Shown: positions 50,035 through 59,142, counted from the stretch's first letter. The stretch is DNA of 64,000 nucleotides from Paludibacteraceae bacterium (GCA_045579895.1 JAZNMT010000012.1:11165-75164); one strand, 5' to 3'. Notes: generated by a model not told the origin, from the letters alone. A program made the numbers and translations.

Positions 50035-50667
50035 ATGAAAGTACTACAAGAAATGACCGCTGTGAGGCTATTGCAACTCAAAGCCATCAAGTTCCAACCT
50101 AAGAACCCTTTTGTTTGGGCAAACGGATGGACATCGCCTATGTACTGCGATGATAGAAAAGTCTTGTCCTATCCCAAAATGAGAGATTTCATACGTTTAG
50201 AATTGGCGCGAGTAATCGCAGAAATGTACCCCGACGCTGATATCATTGCAGGAGTCGCACCAAACGCTATTGCACACGGTGTCTTGGTCGCTGAACAATT
50301 GAGCCTGCCTTTTGTATATGTTCACCCACAACCAAAAGACCACGGACTGGAAAACCAAATCGAAGGAGATCTCAGACCTAGACAAAGCGTCGTTATTCTC
50401 GAGAATCAGGTCAATATAGGTGTCAACTGCACAAAAGTTATCGAAGCTATTAGAAACAATGGATGTAAGGTACTAGGGGTAGTCACTATCTTTGACTACG
50501 ATTTTGCTGCTACCAAACGGAAATTCGAAAAACTAGACGTCACGCTCACCGCACTGACTAACTTTGAAACCGTCCTGAGGCACGCTGCCGCTATGGACAT
50601 TATCAATGAGGAACAACAATCTATCATTACAAATTGGCAACACAATCCTGCCAAATGGGAGAAATAA
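50035..50667 (+). CDS. pyrE: orotate phosphoribosyltransferase
   Basis: The 210 aa ORF has the PRPP-binding loop VVILENQVNIGVN and the typical PyrE N-terminus (FVWANGWTSPMYCD). Confidence 0.88.
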   Translation: MKVLQEMTAVRLLQLKAIKFQPKNPFVWANGWTSPMYCDDRKVLSYPKMRDFIRLELARVIAEMYPDADIIAGVAPNAIAHGVLVAEQLSLPFVYVHPQPKDHGLENQIEGDLRPRQSVVILENQVNIGVNCTKVIEAIRNNGCKVLGVVTIFDYDFAATKRKFEKLDVTLTALTNFETVLRHAAAMDIINEEQQSIITNWQHNPAKWEK

Positions 50668-50668
50668 T

Positions 50669-51100
50669 ATGGCTGCTACAAAATACGAAAGCAAAATAGG
50701 ACAAATACCATACAACCAAGAACTTGTCTATCAGGTATTAAGCAACCTCGAAAATCTAAAACGATTCAGCGAGGCAATACCCAAGGATAAAGTCAAAGAA
50801 CTCCACATCACTGCAGAGTCCGTCCGCATACAGGTGGACGGAATAGCACAAAAATTCGCCATCAAAATCGTAGAAAAAGAAGAATATAAAACAATCAAGT
50901 TTGGCATAGAAAACATACCTATGGATGTCAATATGTGGATACAACTCAAACAAGTCGATGAGCAGGATACACGTATCAAACTAACCATCAAAGCGGATAT
51001 ACCTGTTATGTTCCAAATGATGTTCGAAAAGAAACTGCAACAAGGGCTTGACCAGGCTATCGATATGCTATGCCAAGTACCATACAACCAATGGGTTTAA
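50669..51100 (+). CDS. SRPBCC-superfamily (START/polyketide-cyclase-like) protein
   Basis: I chose the start at MAATKYES, immediately after the pyrE stop. The call rests on the size (~143 aa) and the alternating beta/helix pattern, so the family assignment is tentative. Confidence 0.5.
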   Translation: MAATKYESKIGQIPYNQELVYQVLSNLENLKRFSEAIPKDKVKELHITAESVRIQVDGIAQKFAIKIVEKEEYKTIKFGIENIPMDVNMWIQLKQVDEQDTRIKLTIKADIPVMFQMMFEKKLQQGLDQAIDMLCQVPYNQWV

Positions 51101-51119
51101 CTAAATCAGTTTTTTTACT

Positions 51120-51803
51120 ATGGGACACAAGAAAAAAAGAAAAATTCGTATCCACCGCGAAGGACGAGGATTAATAGCAACACTCACCCTCCTCATCTTC
51201 ATAATCAACGTACCGCTATTTGTATATATGCCTAACTGGGTGGGAGCCATCACATTGCTGCTTAGTGCATCCTTACTCGTATTCGTCACCTACTTCTTCC
51301 GCAATCCAACACGTATCGTAGAGGTAAACGACGAAAACATCATCGTATCTCCTGCGGACGGAAGAGTCGTCGTGGTGGAACCTACAGTCGAAAACGAGTA
51401 TTTTCACGAAAAACGATTGCAGGTCAGTATCTTCATGTCCCCTTTCAATGTACATGCCAACTGGTATCCTGTGGAGGGAAAAGTGCTGGTGTCTGAACAT
51501 CAAGATGGCAGACATCAAGGAGCATGGCTACCTAAGTCTAGTATAGAAAACGAAAGATCATTGGTGGTCATCGAAACAGCATCAAAAGTGCAAATCATCA
51601 TGCGACAAATAGCTGGAGCTATGGCTAGACGAATAGTTACTTATGCCAAAGCTGGACATATAGCACAGCGAAACGAACACATGGGATTCATCAAGTTTGG
51701 ATCACGAGTAGATCTATATCTACCACTTAATACAGAAATTTTTGTCAAGGTAGGAGAGGCTGTTACGGGCAATGAAACCATCATTGGACGACTAGCTGAA
51801 TAA
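51120..51803 (+). CDS. psd: phosphatidylserine decarboxylase family proenzyme
   Basis: It has N-terminal TM segments. FMSPFNVHANW and the self-cleavage region FIKFGSRVDLYLP are present. Confidence 0.88.
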   Translation: MGHKKKRKIRIHREGRGLIATLTLLIFIINVPLFVYMPNWVGAITLLLSASLLVFVTYFFRNPTRIVEVNDENIIVSPADGRVVVVEPTVENEYFHEKRLQVSIFMSPFNVHANWYPVEGKVLVSEHQDGRHQGAWLPKSSIENERSLVVIETASKVQIIMRQIAGAMARRIVTYAKAGHIAQRNEHMGFIKFGSRVDLYLPLNTEIFVKVGEAVTGNETIIGRLAE

Positions 51804-51845
51804 AATACTACCACTATTTTACACATTAAAACTTTCAACAACTAT

Positions 51846-52724
51846 ATGGATAAATTTGACAAACTCTTTGCAGAATATCCTTGCACACTATCCGACGAAC
51901 TAGTGAAGAAGCAGGCAGCTGCCATCCTAAAACAACATACCGAAGAAAACAACAACCGACAGGTGTGGATGCAATGCCTCAACCAGATAGATTTAACTAC
52001 CTTGAATGGGGAGGATACCACCGCTAAAGTAGCACAAATGGCAGAACGCGTCAACGACTTTGACGGCCACTTCCCTGGCATACCCAATGTAGCAGCCATG
52101 TGTGTCTATCCCGCTTTGGTCGAAACGGCGCGCGATGTACTTACCGAGCCTATCGGGATTGCAGCTGTAGCTGGCGGATTCCCCGCTTCGCAAACGTTTA
52201 TTGAGGTGAAGGTTGCAGAGGCTGCTATGGCGGTCGCTGCAGGAGCAACAGAAATTGACATCGTCATCTCCATTGGTAAGTTCCTGGAGGGTAACTACCA
52301 AGAGGTTTTCGATGAGATTTCCGAAATCAAAGACGCTATTCGAGGAGCACATCTTAAAGTCATTCTCGAAACAGGTGCTCTGAAGACAGCAGAGAATATC
52401 TACCGAGCATCTATCCTCGCCATGGCAGCTGGAGCTGACTTCATCAAGACTTCTACGGGCAAGATTGCCGTCAACGCCACACCAGAAGCTACATTCGTCA
52501 TGTGCCACGCCATCAAAGACTGGTACCAAAAAACGGGACAAAAAGTATGCTACAAACCTGCAGGAGGAGTTAGCACCACGCTCGAGGCTGTACAGCACTA
52601 TACACTAGTCAAAGAGATATTGGGCAATGATTGGCTGAATAATCAGTCATTCCGATTCGGTGCTAGTAGATTAGCGAATAACCTACTCTCTAGCATCATG
52701 GGACAAGAGGTCAAATACTTCTAA
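51846..52724 (+). CDS. deoC: deoxyribose-phosphate aldolase (long form)
   Basis: IDLTTL, MCVYPALV, the Schiff-base lysine context DFIKTSTGK and KPAGGV are present. Confidence 0.85.
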   Translation: MDKFDKLFAEYPCTLSDELVKKQAAAILKQHTEENNNRQVWMQCLNQIDLTTLNGEDTTAKVAQMAERVNDFDGHFPGIPNVAAMCVYPALVETARDVLTEPIGIAAVAGGFPASQTFIEVKVAEAAMAVAAGATEIDIVISIGKFLEGNYQEVFDEISEIKDAIRGAHLKVILETGALKTAENIYRASILAMAAGADFIKTSTGKIAVNATPEATFVMCHAIKDWYQKTGQKVCYKPAGGVSTTLEAVQHYTLVKEILGNDWLNNQSFRFGASRLANNLLSSIMGQEVKYF

Positions 52725-52805
52725 CCTGATTCGCCAGAAGAGTAACCCACAGGGCGTCCAACCTAGCAGTAGGCACGTCTGTGCTGTCATCTAAAAACCA
52801 GAAAC

Positions 52806-55115
52806 ATGTACAAAATTATATCAAAACGATTTTTCTCGGAGAATGTCGCAGAATTAGTGGTTGAGGCTCCATTGATTGCTCGTAGCCGCCGTGCAGGTCA
52901 CTTCGTGATTGTACGCGTGGACGAGCATAGCGAGCGCATGCCACTCACCATCTCTGATGCTAACGTACTACAGGGTACAATTACACTCGTCGTGCAACGC
53001 ATTGGTGTGAGTAGTGCAAAACTCATAGCTCTAAACGTGGGCGATCACTTGCATAACGTGGTAGGACCACTCGGAAAGGCTACTAATATACAGCACTTCG
53101 GTACAGTCGTGTGTGCATGTGGAGGCGTAGGGGCTGCACCTATGTTACCTATCGCACAAGCCATGAAACAGCAGGGAAACAGAGTCATCACCGTCTTAGC
53201 GGCACGAACTGCAGAACTGATTATTCTGCAGAAGCAACTGGCGGATGTCTCCGATGAACTCATCATCATGACTGACGATGGATCGCTGGGACAACAGGGA
53301 CTAGTAACGCAAGGTGTAGAGCAAGTGATCCAACGAGAAAAAGTGGATAGGTGTATCACTATCGGACCCGCTATCATGATGAAATTCGTGGCGTTGACCA
53401 CTAAGAAATACAACATACCTACCGAGGCTAGCCTTAACACCATCATGGTGGATGGAACCGGTATGTGTGGCGCATGCCGAGTGACCGTGGCTGGGAAAAC
53501 CAAGTTTGTATGTGTCGATGGACCTGAATTTGATGCGCATGCGGTAGATTTCGATGAAATGCTTTCAAGATTACGACAATACAAAACCGAAGAGCATGCC
53601 GCATACGAGGCTTTTTTGAGGGGAAATAACACACCACAAGCAAACCAACTTGCAGCTGATAGCCACCCTGCGATGGACATCCACCCAGTAGAACCTTTCC
53701 ATGGAAAAGCCAAAGATAGAGTAGCCATCCCACGCGTAGAGATGCCTGAACTATCTCCGCAAGAACGAGTACAATCTATATACAGAGAGGTCAACTTAGG
53801 ATTGACATACCAACAAGCAATCACCGAGGCACATCGCTGTTTAGATTGTAAAAATCCTACGTGCGTACAAGGTTGTCCCGTGAATATCAACATACCAGGT
53901 TTCATCAAGCAGCTTGAAATAGGCAATGTGATGGCTGCGGCACAGGTCATTCAGCAGAGCAGTACGCTACCTGCAGTATGCGGACGCGTATGCCCACAAG
54001 AAAAACAGTGTGAAGCACAATGCATCCACCTTAAAATGGGTAAACAGCCAGTAGCTATCGGATATCTCGAGCGGTTTGTGGCAGATTACGCAGCAGAACA
54101 TACCCAAGAATATCATTCACACGAAACCACACCAACCTCCAATGCACCCAAGATTGCAGTAGTCGGATCTGGACCTGCTGGACTAGCGTTTGCTGGAGAT
54201 ATGGCTAAGTATGGCTACCAAGTCACAGTATTCGAAGCACTACATGAGATTGGAGGAGTATTGAAGTATGGAATCCCTGAGTTCCGACTACCAAATAAGA
54301 TTGTCGATCGCGAGATAGAAGGATTGCGACAATTGGGAGTGACTTTCCAATGCGATACTATCATTGGTAAGACACTAACCATTGATGACCTGAAGGAGCA
54401 AGGATTTGCAGGCATCTTCGTGGGTAGTGGAGCAGGATTACCACGGTTCATGGGTATCCCTGGCGAGAACCTCAATGGAGTGTTATCCTGCAACGAATAC
54501 CTCACACGGGTCAATCTGATGGGAGCAGCAGTGGACACCAACGACACACCATTATTGCAGGCCAAAAATGTCATGGTCGTCGGAGGTGGAAATACAGCTA
54601 TGGACGCCGTGCGAACAGCCAAACGATTAGGCGCAGAGCGGGCCATTATTGTATATCGACGAGGCAAGGAAGAGATGCCTGCACGTATCGAAGAGATACG
54701 ACATGCCCAAGAGGAGGGCATCGAATTTATGACGCTGCATAATCCGCTAGAGTATCATGCAGATGAGCAAGGCAGAGTTGCAGAGGCAGTTCTGCAAGTC
54801 ATGCAGCTGGGCGAACCAGACGAGTCGGGCAGAAGAAGTCCTGTTGCTATAGAGGGACAAACAACCACTCTTCCGGTTGAATTGGTGATTGTTAGTGTCG
54901 GTGTTAGCCCTAATCCATTGATACCATCCACGGTCAAAGAACTGGAGATTTCTAAAAAAGGAACGATTGTAGTAAATCAGCAAATGCAGTCGTCGTTGCC
55001 TATTTTATTTGCAGGAGGCGACATCGTTCGTGGAGGAGCTACGGTTATTTTGGCTATGTCAGATGGAAGAAAAGCTGCACACGCAATGCACCAGCAACTA
55101 TCCACTAACTGTTAA
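52806..55115 (+). CDS. fused PyrK/SudB-like FAD-NAD(P)-[2Fe-2S] subunit plus GltD/SudA-like NADPH oxidoreductase (NfnAB-type fusion)
   Basis: The N-terminal ~280 aa carry RAGHFVIVRV...RMPLTISD, GGVGAAPM and a C-terminal Cys cluster (CGACRV..CVDGP). The C-terminal ~480 aa carry CLDCKNPTCVQGCPV, CGRVCPQEKQCE and dinucleotide folds VVGSGPAGLAFA and VVGGGNTAMD. Confidence 0.85.
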   Translation: MYKIISKRFFSENVAELVVEAPLIARSRRAGHFVIVRVDEHSERMPLTISDANVLQGTITLVVQRIGVSSAKLIALNVGDHLHNVVGPLGKATNIQHFGTVVCACGGVGAAPMLPIAQAMKQQGNRVITVLAARTAELIILQKQLADVSDELIIMTDDGSLGQQGLVTQGVEQVIQREKVDRCITIGPAIMMKFVALTTKKYNIPTEASLNTIMVDGTGMCGACRVTVAGKTKFVCVDGPEFDAHAVDFDEMLSRLRQYKTEEHAAYEAFLRGNNTPQANQLAADSHPAMDIHPVEPFHGKAKDRVAIPRVEMPELSPQERVQSIYREVNLGLTYQQAITEAHRCLDCKNPTCVQGCPVNINIPGFIKQLEIGNVMAAAQVIQQSSTLPAVCGRVCPQEKQCEAQCIHLKMGKQPVAIGYLERFVADYAAEHTQEYHSHETTPTSNAPKIAVVGSGPAGLAFAGDMAKYGYQVTVFEALHEIGGVLKYGIPEFRLPNKIVDREIEGLRQLGVTFQCDTIIGKTLTIDDLKEQGFAGIFVGSGAGLPRFMGIPGENLNGVLSCNEYLTRVNLMGAAVDTNDTPLLQAKNVMVVGGGNTAMDAVRTAKRLGAERAIIVYRRGKEEMPARIEEIRHAQEEGIEFMTLHNPLEYHADEQGRVAEAVLQVMQLGEPDESGRRSPVAIEGQTTTLPVELVIVSVGVSPNPLIPSTVKELEISKKGTIVVNQQMQSSLPILFAGGDIVRGGATVILAMSDGRKAAHAMHQQLSTNC

Positions 55116-55129
55116 ATTTTAGACGAAAA

Positions 55130-55408
55130 ATGCGATTGCCATCTTTGTGGGTTTGCCTATTATTAGATGCCATAGGCATGGTGTCTTATTTCATCCCTGC
55201 ATGGGGTGAGTGGATAGATGCGGTATGGGGACCATTATCAGCATTCCTGTTCTACTATCTCTTTGGTGGTAAGACGGGTGCTGTAGGTGCAGCCATCAGT
55301 TTCGCGGAGGAGTCATTGCCTTTCACCGATATCATCCCTATGTTCACCATTGGCTATTTCGTCCGCAAACGAGAACTCCAACATCCTTCTCTAAACTCGA
55401 AACAATAG
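55130..55408 (+). CDS. small 3-TM membrane protein (unknown function)
   Basis: The 92 aa ORF is hydrophobic and tightly follows the upstream gene on the same strand. Confidence 0.5.
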   Translation: MRLPSLWVCLLLDAIGMVSYFIPAWGEWIDAVWGPLSAFLFYYLFGGKTGAVGAAISFAEESLPFTDIIPMFTIGYFVRKRELQHPSLNSKQ

Positions 55409-55419
55409 GCGTTATTAAT

Positions 55420-55945
55420 CGGGGCCCGTCCACGAGTGCTTTCCGTTCCCTTCCACTCACTCGCACTCCGCGCCTTCTTTCTTAATGACTCCTGAATACC
55501 ATTCAGGTATTCTTGCGTTCCCGTCCTTTGTTATGCTTTGGCCAGTGGCCTGACAAATAACTTCGTCACTATCCTCTCATCTTGTCCCCCAACCATCTGT
55601 CTAGTGCTCGGCGATTTCCCGCCGAGTATCCTCGTGTTTCTATGTTTATTCTCCCGAATGGTATTCGGGTATTCCTAGAGCGGCTAGTATGGCTAGTGCT
55701 ACTACTCCCCGCCACCAGTCTTGTGCTCGCGGGGTCCCGATAACGTTTGGCGTCATGGGGCGCATTTCGCGGCTAACTCCGCGAGTTTCTCCCCGTTCTC
55801 TACCGGTCACTCCAGCATACCCGGAATTTCCGTCTCCTCCCCCTCTCCACCCGCCGAAGGCGCACACCCTCACTACGTGACACTACCTGCGCTCCGCGCA
55901 CACAACCTCGGCGAAGCCGACCTCCAGGGCACAGCCATTTTTTAG
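55420..55945 (-). ncRNA. unassigned ~0.5-kb GC-rich, hairpin-dense non-coding segment (candidate large structured RNA; strand assignment tentative)
   Basis: No ORF exceeds 75 aa in any frame. The plus strand is C/T-rich and the minus strand is G/A-rich. At least eight short GC-rich stem-loops are listed in the findings. The composition differs sharply from both flanks. Confidence 0.3.
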
Positions 55946-55957
55946 AAAATAGCGGTA

Positions 55958-55997
55958 TTATTTGCATTTATGCAAAAATTGTTGTAACTTTGCGGGC
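55958..55997 (+). promoter_or_regulatory. conserved 40-mer promoter-like module (palindromic TTTGCATttATGCAAA plus TAacTTTG), copy 1
   Basis: ttatttgcatttatgcaaaaattgttgtaactttgcgggc matches 57824-57863 at 39/40. Confidence 0.5.
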
Positions 55998-56076
55998 AAA
56001 AGAGGAAGAAATAAGAAAAATCAAAAAAACACAAATAAAATAAACTTTTTTTAAGCCCCTGACAAGTTTTAGCGTC

Positions 56077-56101
56077 AACCGGTGACAATTTGTCACCAGT
56101 T
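56077..56101. promoter_or_regulatory. 12-1-12 near-perfect palindrome (operator-like)
   Basis: The sequence is aaccGGTGACAAtTTGTCACCagtt. The core GGTGACAA/TTGTCACC is perfect. Confidence 0.45.
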
Positions 56102-56144
56102 CAAATTGCGTGCTGCGGACCTTAGGAAACTTGACGATAATCAC

Positions 56145-56232
56145 AAAAATTGCAAAATAAGACGGTTTTGGCGAAAGAAAATTGCAAAATAAGACGGTTT
56201 AATGTGCGAAAATTTGCAAAATAAGACATTTT
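56145..56232 (+). repeat. three ~24-bp direct repeats at 32-bp spacing (iteron/operator-like) upstream of the AAA ATPase gene
   Basis: The units are aaaaattgcaaaataagacggttt, gaaaattgcaaaataagacggttt and gaaaatttgcaaaataagacatttt. The array ends about 25 nt before the TAacTTTG box at 56258. Confidence 0.8.
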
Positions 56233-56257
56233 ATTTGTATGTTTCATTTATTTTTTG

Positions 56258-56265
56258 TAACTTTG
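56258..56265 (+). promoter_or_regulatory. -7 box (TAacTTTG) for the AAA ATPase gene
   Basis: It lies 26 nt upstream of the ATG at 56291. Confidence 0.45.
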
Positions 56266-56290
56266 TCGCGATTTTTAACACCATTCTATT

Positions 56291-57574
56291 ATGAGAAATT
56301 TAAAGACTATTCTAGAGGATCAGCGACAGGAAATCCTTAATACCGATTGCAATGCTTTGCTAAATCGACAAGAGGAAAAGAAAATAGACTTAGATAGCAA
56401 ATTAGCGCAAGTCGTAATAGGTGTGCGTCGTAGTGGTAAATCCATGCTCTGTCAAAAAGTATTAATGGAGAGCGGTGTTCGATTTGCTTATGTTAATTTT
56501 GACGATGAAAACTTAGCTAATATACAAGTAGCCGAATTGAATGATATAGTAGAGATGTTGTATCACATTTATGGCGACTACACTCATTTATTTATTGACG
56601 AAGTTCAGAATGCGCCTCGTTGGCCATTGTTTGTCAATCGCCTTTTGCGCCAGGGAATACACCTGATTTTAACTGGAAGTAATGCCAACCTCTTGAGCGA
56701 TGAACTGATTACGCACCTTACTGGAAGATACAACGAGATACGCCTATTTCCTTTCTCGTTTGAAGAATATTGTCGTATCAACAATATTGATATAGTAGGG
56801 CAACACACTAAGGCTGTTGGTTTGCGTGGTCATGCACTCAATAAGTATCTCATGGAGGGTGGTTTCCCAGAAACTATGGATGGTGCAATTGATAAAACTG
56901 CATATACAAAAGCGTTGCTTGATACGCTTATTAAGAAGGATATATGCAAACGCTATAAAGTACGTTATCCTGCATCATTACGACAAGTGGCAGATACTGT
57001 AATCGACAATTTTTGCCAAGAAATCAACTTTGAGAATATCCGCGAAACATATGCTATTCGTTCGGTACAAACGGTCAAGAATTATGTGTCATACCTCAAT
57101 ACTGCCTACCTTGCACGTATTCTGCATAAGTATTCTTTTAAGAGCGTAGAGCGACAAAGCAATCTTAAATCCTACATTATTGATAATGCTTTTCTAAGCA
57201 ATAGAGACAATTCTTTGCAGACCGATAATCTAGGCTGGCGTCTTGAGAATATCATTGCAATTGAGTTGCTGCGCCGTCAGAAATATGCGGATGAACAACT
57301 ATATTTTCTACGAGAAAGTAATCGCTTTGCTGTTGACTTTGTGCGTACACAAGCTTCCAAGGTACAGGAATTGATACAAGTGACGTACGACTTTAGTAAC
57401 CCTTCTACCAAACTCTTCAATCGAGAAGTGGGCGGACTGATAAAAGCGTCAAACAAGACACATTGCGACAACTTAACACTAATTGTAATGTATGGAGAAA
57501 CTGGCATAATTGAGCACGAAGGCAAGAAGGTTCATATTGTGAGTGCAGCAGAATGGTTGGTTAGTGCACTTTAA
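56291..57574 (+). CDS. AAA+ ATPase of the AAA_14 + DUF4143 type
   Basis: Walker A is GVRRSGKS and Walker B is LFIDEVQN. The C-terminal half resembles DUF4143 (restriction-endonuclease-like fold) as I recall it. Confidence 0.75.
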   Translation: MRNLKTILEDQRQEILNTDCNALLNRQEEKKIDLDSKLAQVVIGVRRSGKSMLCQKVLMESGVRFAYVNFDDENLANIQVAELNDIVEMLYHIYGDYTHLFIDEVQNAPRWPLFVNRLLRQGIHLILTGSNANLLSDELITHLTGRYNEIRLFPFSFEEYCRINNIDIVGQHTKAVGLRGHALNKYLMEGGFPETMDGAIDKTAYTKALLDTLIKKDICKRYKVRYPASLRQVADTVIDNFCQEINFENIRETYAIRSVQTVKNYVSYLNTAYLARILHKYSFKSVERQSNLKSYIIDNAFLSNRDNSLQTDNLGWRLENIIAIELLRRQKYADEQLYFLRESNRFAVDFVRTQASKVQELIQVTYDFSNPSTKLFNREVGGLIKASNKTHCDNLTLIVMYGETGIIEHEGKKVHIVSAAEWLVSAL

Positions 57575-57653
57575 ACCTTAAACATTAGACACCCTACACT
57601 TTAAACATTAAACAACTGCGGCTCCGCCGCCACACTCTACACCCTACACTCTA

Positions 57654-57818
57654 ATGTTCAGTTCTTCAAATTATTTCCAAACATTTTCCAATCGCTGATC
57701 GGATAATCTAAATTACTATCAAAGAGATTGAGCAACAAAAAGCCATATATATGCTTCAGCAGGGCGAATGACTTTCTGACTTCGATAAAGAGATAAAAAA
57801 AACTACAAGATAAATAAC
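57654..57818 (+). pseudogene. decayed, internally deleted remnant of a DUF1016/YhcG nuclease gene
   Basis: 57654-57719 aligns to 58288-58352 (the first 36 nt are identical, then it diverges). 57721-57818 aligns to 59023-59121 at more than 90%. About 670 bp of the gene body is missing. Confidence 0.75.
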
Positions 57819-57823
57819 CAATT

Positions 57824-57863
57824 TTATTTGCATTTATGCAAAAATTGTTGTATCTTTGCGGGC
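57824..57863 (+). promoter_or_regulatory. conserved 40-mer promoter-like module, copy 2 (TAtcTTTG)
   Basis: ttatttgcatttatgcaaaaattgttgtatctttgcgggc matches 55958-55997 at 39/40. Confidence 0.5.
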
Positions 57864-58025
57864 TAAATATAGAATTATGGATAGAATACAAAATCTTCAT
57901 ACTCTAGAGGAGCGAATAAAAGTCATTAGATAAATGCCGTAAGTTCTATCGTGTATATGGAATCTCGTCTACAGCGTGGACGAAATCTGACTAAAATTTA
58001 TGCAGTAAAACTCATAAAAAGAAAT

Positions 58026-59072
58026 ATGGACTTAGTGCTATCATTTAATAATTCCGCTAATCTGCTCACAGATGCAAGGCAGATCATTGATAAAACGAAG
58101 GAAATAGCGTTCCGCTCGGTAAATGTGGCCATGCTGCAACGCAATTGGTATTTGGGTAAGCGTATAAGTGAGGAAATTCTTCAGGGCGAAGATCGTGCTG
58201 AATATGGTAGTCAAGTTATTCTTCAACTCTCCAAAGAACTGACTGACATATATGGTAAGGGATTTGGTAAGAATAACTTATATCGCAATGTTCAGTTCTT
58301 CAAATTATTTCCAAACATTTTCCCAACACTGTCGGGACAATCCAAATTACTCACTTGGTCGCACTATACTTTGCTATTGTCTATCTCTAACGATGAGGCA
58401 CGAGCATGGTATGCAGACGAGGCATATCGTGAGGGGTGGAGTGTTCGCACGATGCAACGCAATATATCTTCGCAGTATTACCATCGCATGCTCCTATCGC
58501 AACATAAGGAGGGCGTGCGCGAGGAAATGAAGCAACTCACGGCTCCTATGCAAGCGGATAAGCTAGAGTTTATAAAGAATCCTGTCGTGGCAGAGTTTTT
58601 AGGGTTGGCTCCTAATAGCGATTTGTACGAGTCGAAGTTAGAGAGTGCTATTATCGCACATATCCAGAAGTTTGTAATGGAGCTTGGCAAGGGATATGCT
58701 TTCGTGGCTCGCCAGCAGCATGTTCGCACGGACATGGGGGATTTCTATATTGACTTGGTGTTCTATAATTATATCCTCAAATGCTTCTTGCTAATAGACT
58801 TGAAGACTTCTCAAATCACGCATCAGGATGTAGGACAAATGGACATGTATGTACGCATGTATGACCAACTGAAGCGTACAGAAGGCGATAATCCTACTAT
58901 TGGTCTTGTTCTATGTGCAGACACAAGTGAGGATATGGCTCGTTATTCGGTTTTGCATGAGAATCCTCAACTCTTCCAAGCCAAATATGTGCTGTATCTT
59001 CCTACGAAGGAGGAGTTAGCAAAAGAGATTGAGCAACAAAAAGCCATATATATGCTTCAGCAGGGCGAATGA
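58026..59072 (+). CDS. DUF1016 (YhcG-like) PD-(D/E)xK nuclease-family protein
   Basis: NVAMLQRNWYLGKRISEE, GFGKNNLYRNVQFF and the C-terminal core DLVFYNYILKCFLLIDLKT (D...D/E-x-K) are present. The start is uncertain: GTG 57951, ATG 57957 or ATG 58026. Confidence 0.75.
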   Translation: MDLVLSFNNSANLLTDARQIIDKTKEIAFRSVNVAMLQRNWYLGKRISEEILQGEDRAEYGSQVILQLSKELTDIYGKGFGKNNLYRNVQFFKLFPNIFPTLSGQSKLLTWSHYTLLLSISNDEARAWYADEAYREGWSVRTMQRNISSQYYHRMLLSQHKEGVREEMKQLTAPMQADKLEFIKNPVVAEFLGLAPNSDLYESKLESAIIAHIQKFVMELGKGYAFVARQQHVRTDMGDFYIDLVFYNYILKCFLLIDLKTSQITHQDVGQMDMYVRMYDQLKRTEGDNPTIGLVLCADTSEDMARYSVLHENPQLFQAKYVLYLPTKEELAKEIEQQKAIYMLQQGE

Positions 59073-59142
59073 GTTTCTGACTTCGATAAAGAGATTAATA
59101 AACTACAATCGAAATAACCAAACAAGATTGCAAAAAAATCCA

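Noticed and set aside
51993-52598. 201-aa minus-strand ORF
   Set aside because: It is antisense to deoC, which carries the Schiff-base lysine motif.
53045-53950. 301-aa ORF on the minus strand
   Set aside because: It is fully antisense to the strongly supported NfnAB-like gene (52806-55115). Its Ser/Cys/Thr/Ala-rich composition carries no recognisable motifs. It is a shadow ORF.
55646-55945. Three 63-75-aa ORFs inside the GC-rich segment
   Set aside because: They overlap each other on both strands and are Pro/Arg/Gly-rich, as expected from GC-rich non-coding DNA. They have no start context.
55420-55945. Identification of the GC-rich segment as tmRNA, RNase P RNA, SRP RNA or a group II intron
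   Set aside because: I could not find the tRNA-like ends or an ..ALAA tag frame (tmRNA). I also found no AGGAAAGUCC/ACAGAA P4 motifs (RNase P), no GGAA-capped domain IV (SRP), and no GUGYG 5' end with domain V and IEP ORF (group II). It is left unassigned.
56145-56232. Possible mini-CRISPR array
   Set aside because: There are only three repeats with 8-bp spacers between 24-bp units, and no cas genes. The geometry fits protein-binding iterons instead.
57658-57900. 80-aa minus-strand ORF
   Set aside because: It lies antisense across the decayed DUF1016 remnant and the promoter-like 40-mer, in AT-rich low-complexity sequence.
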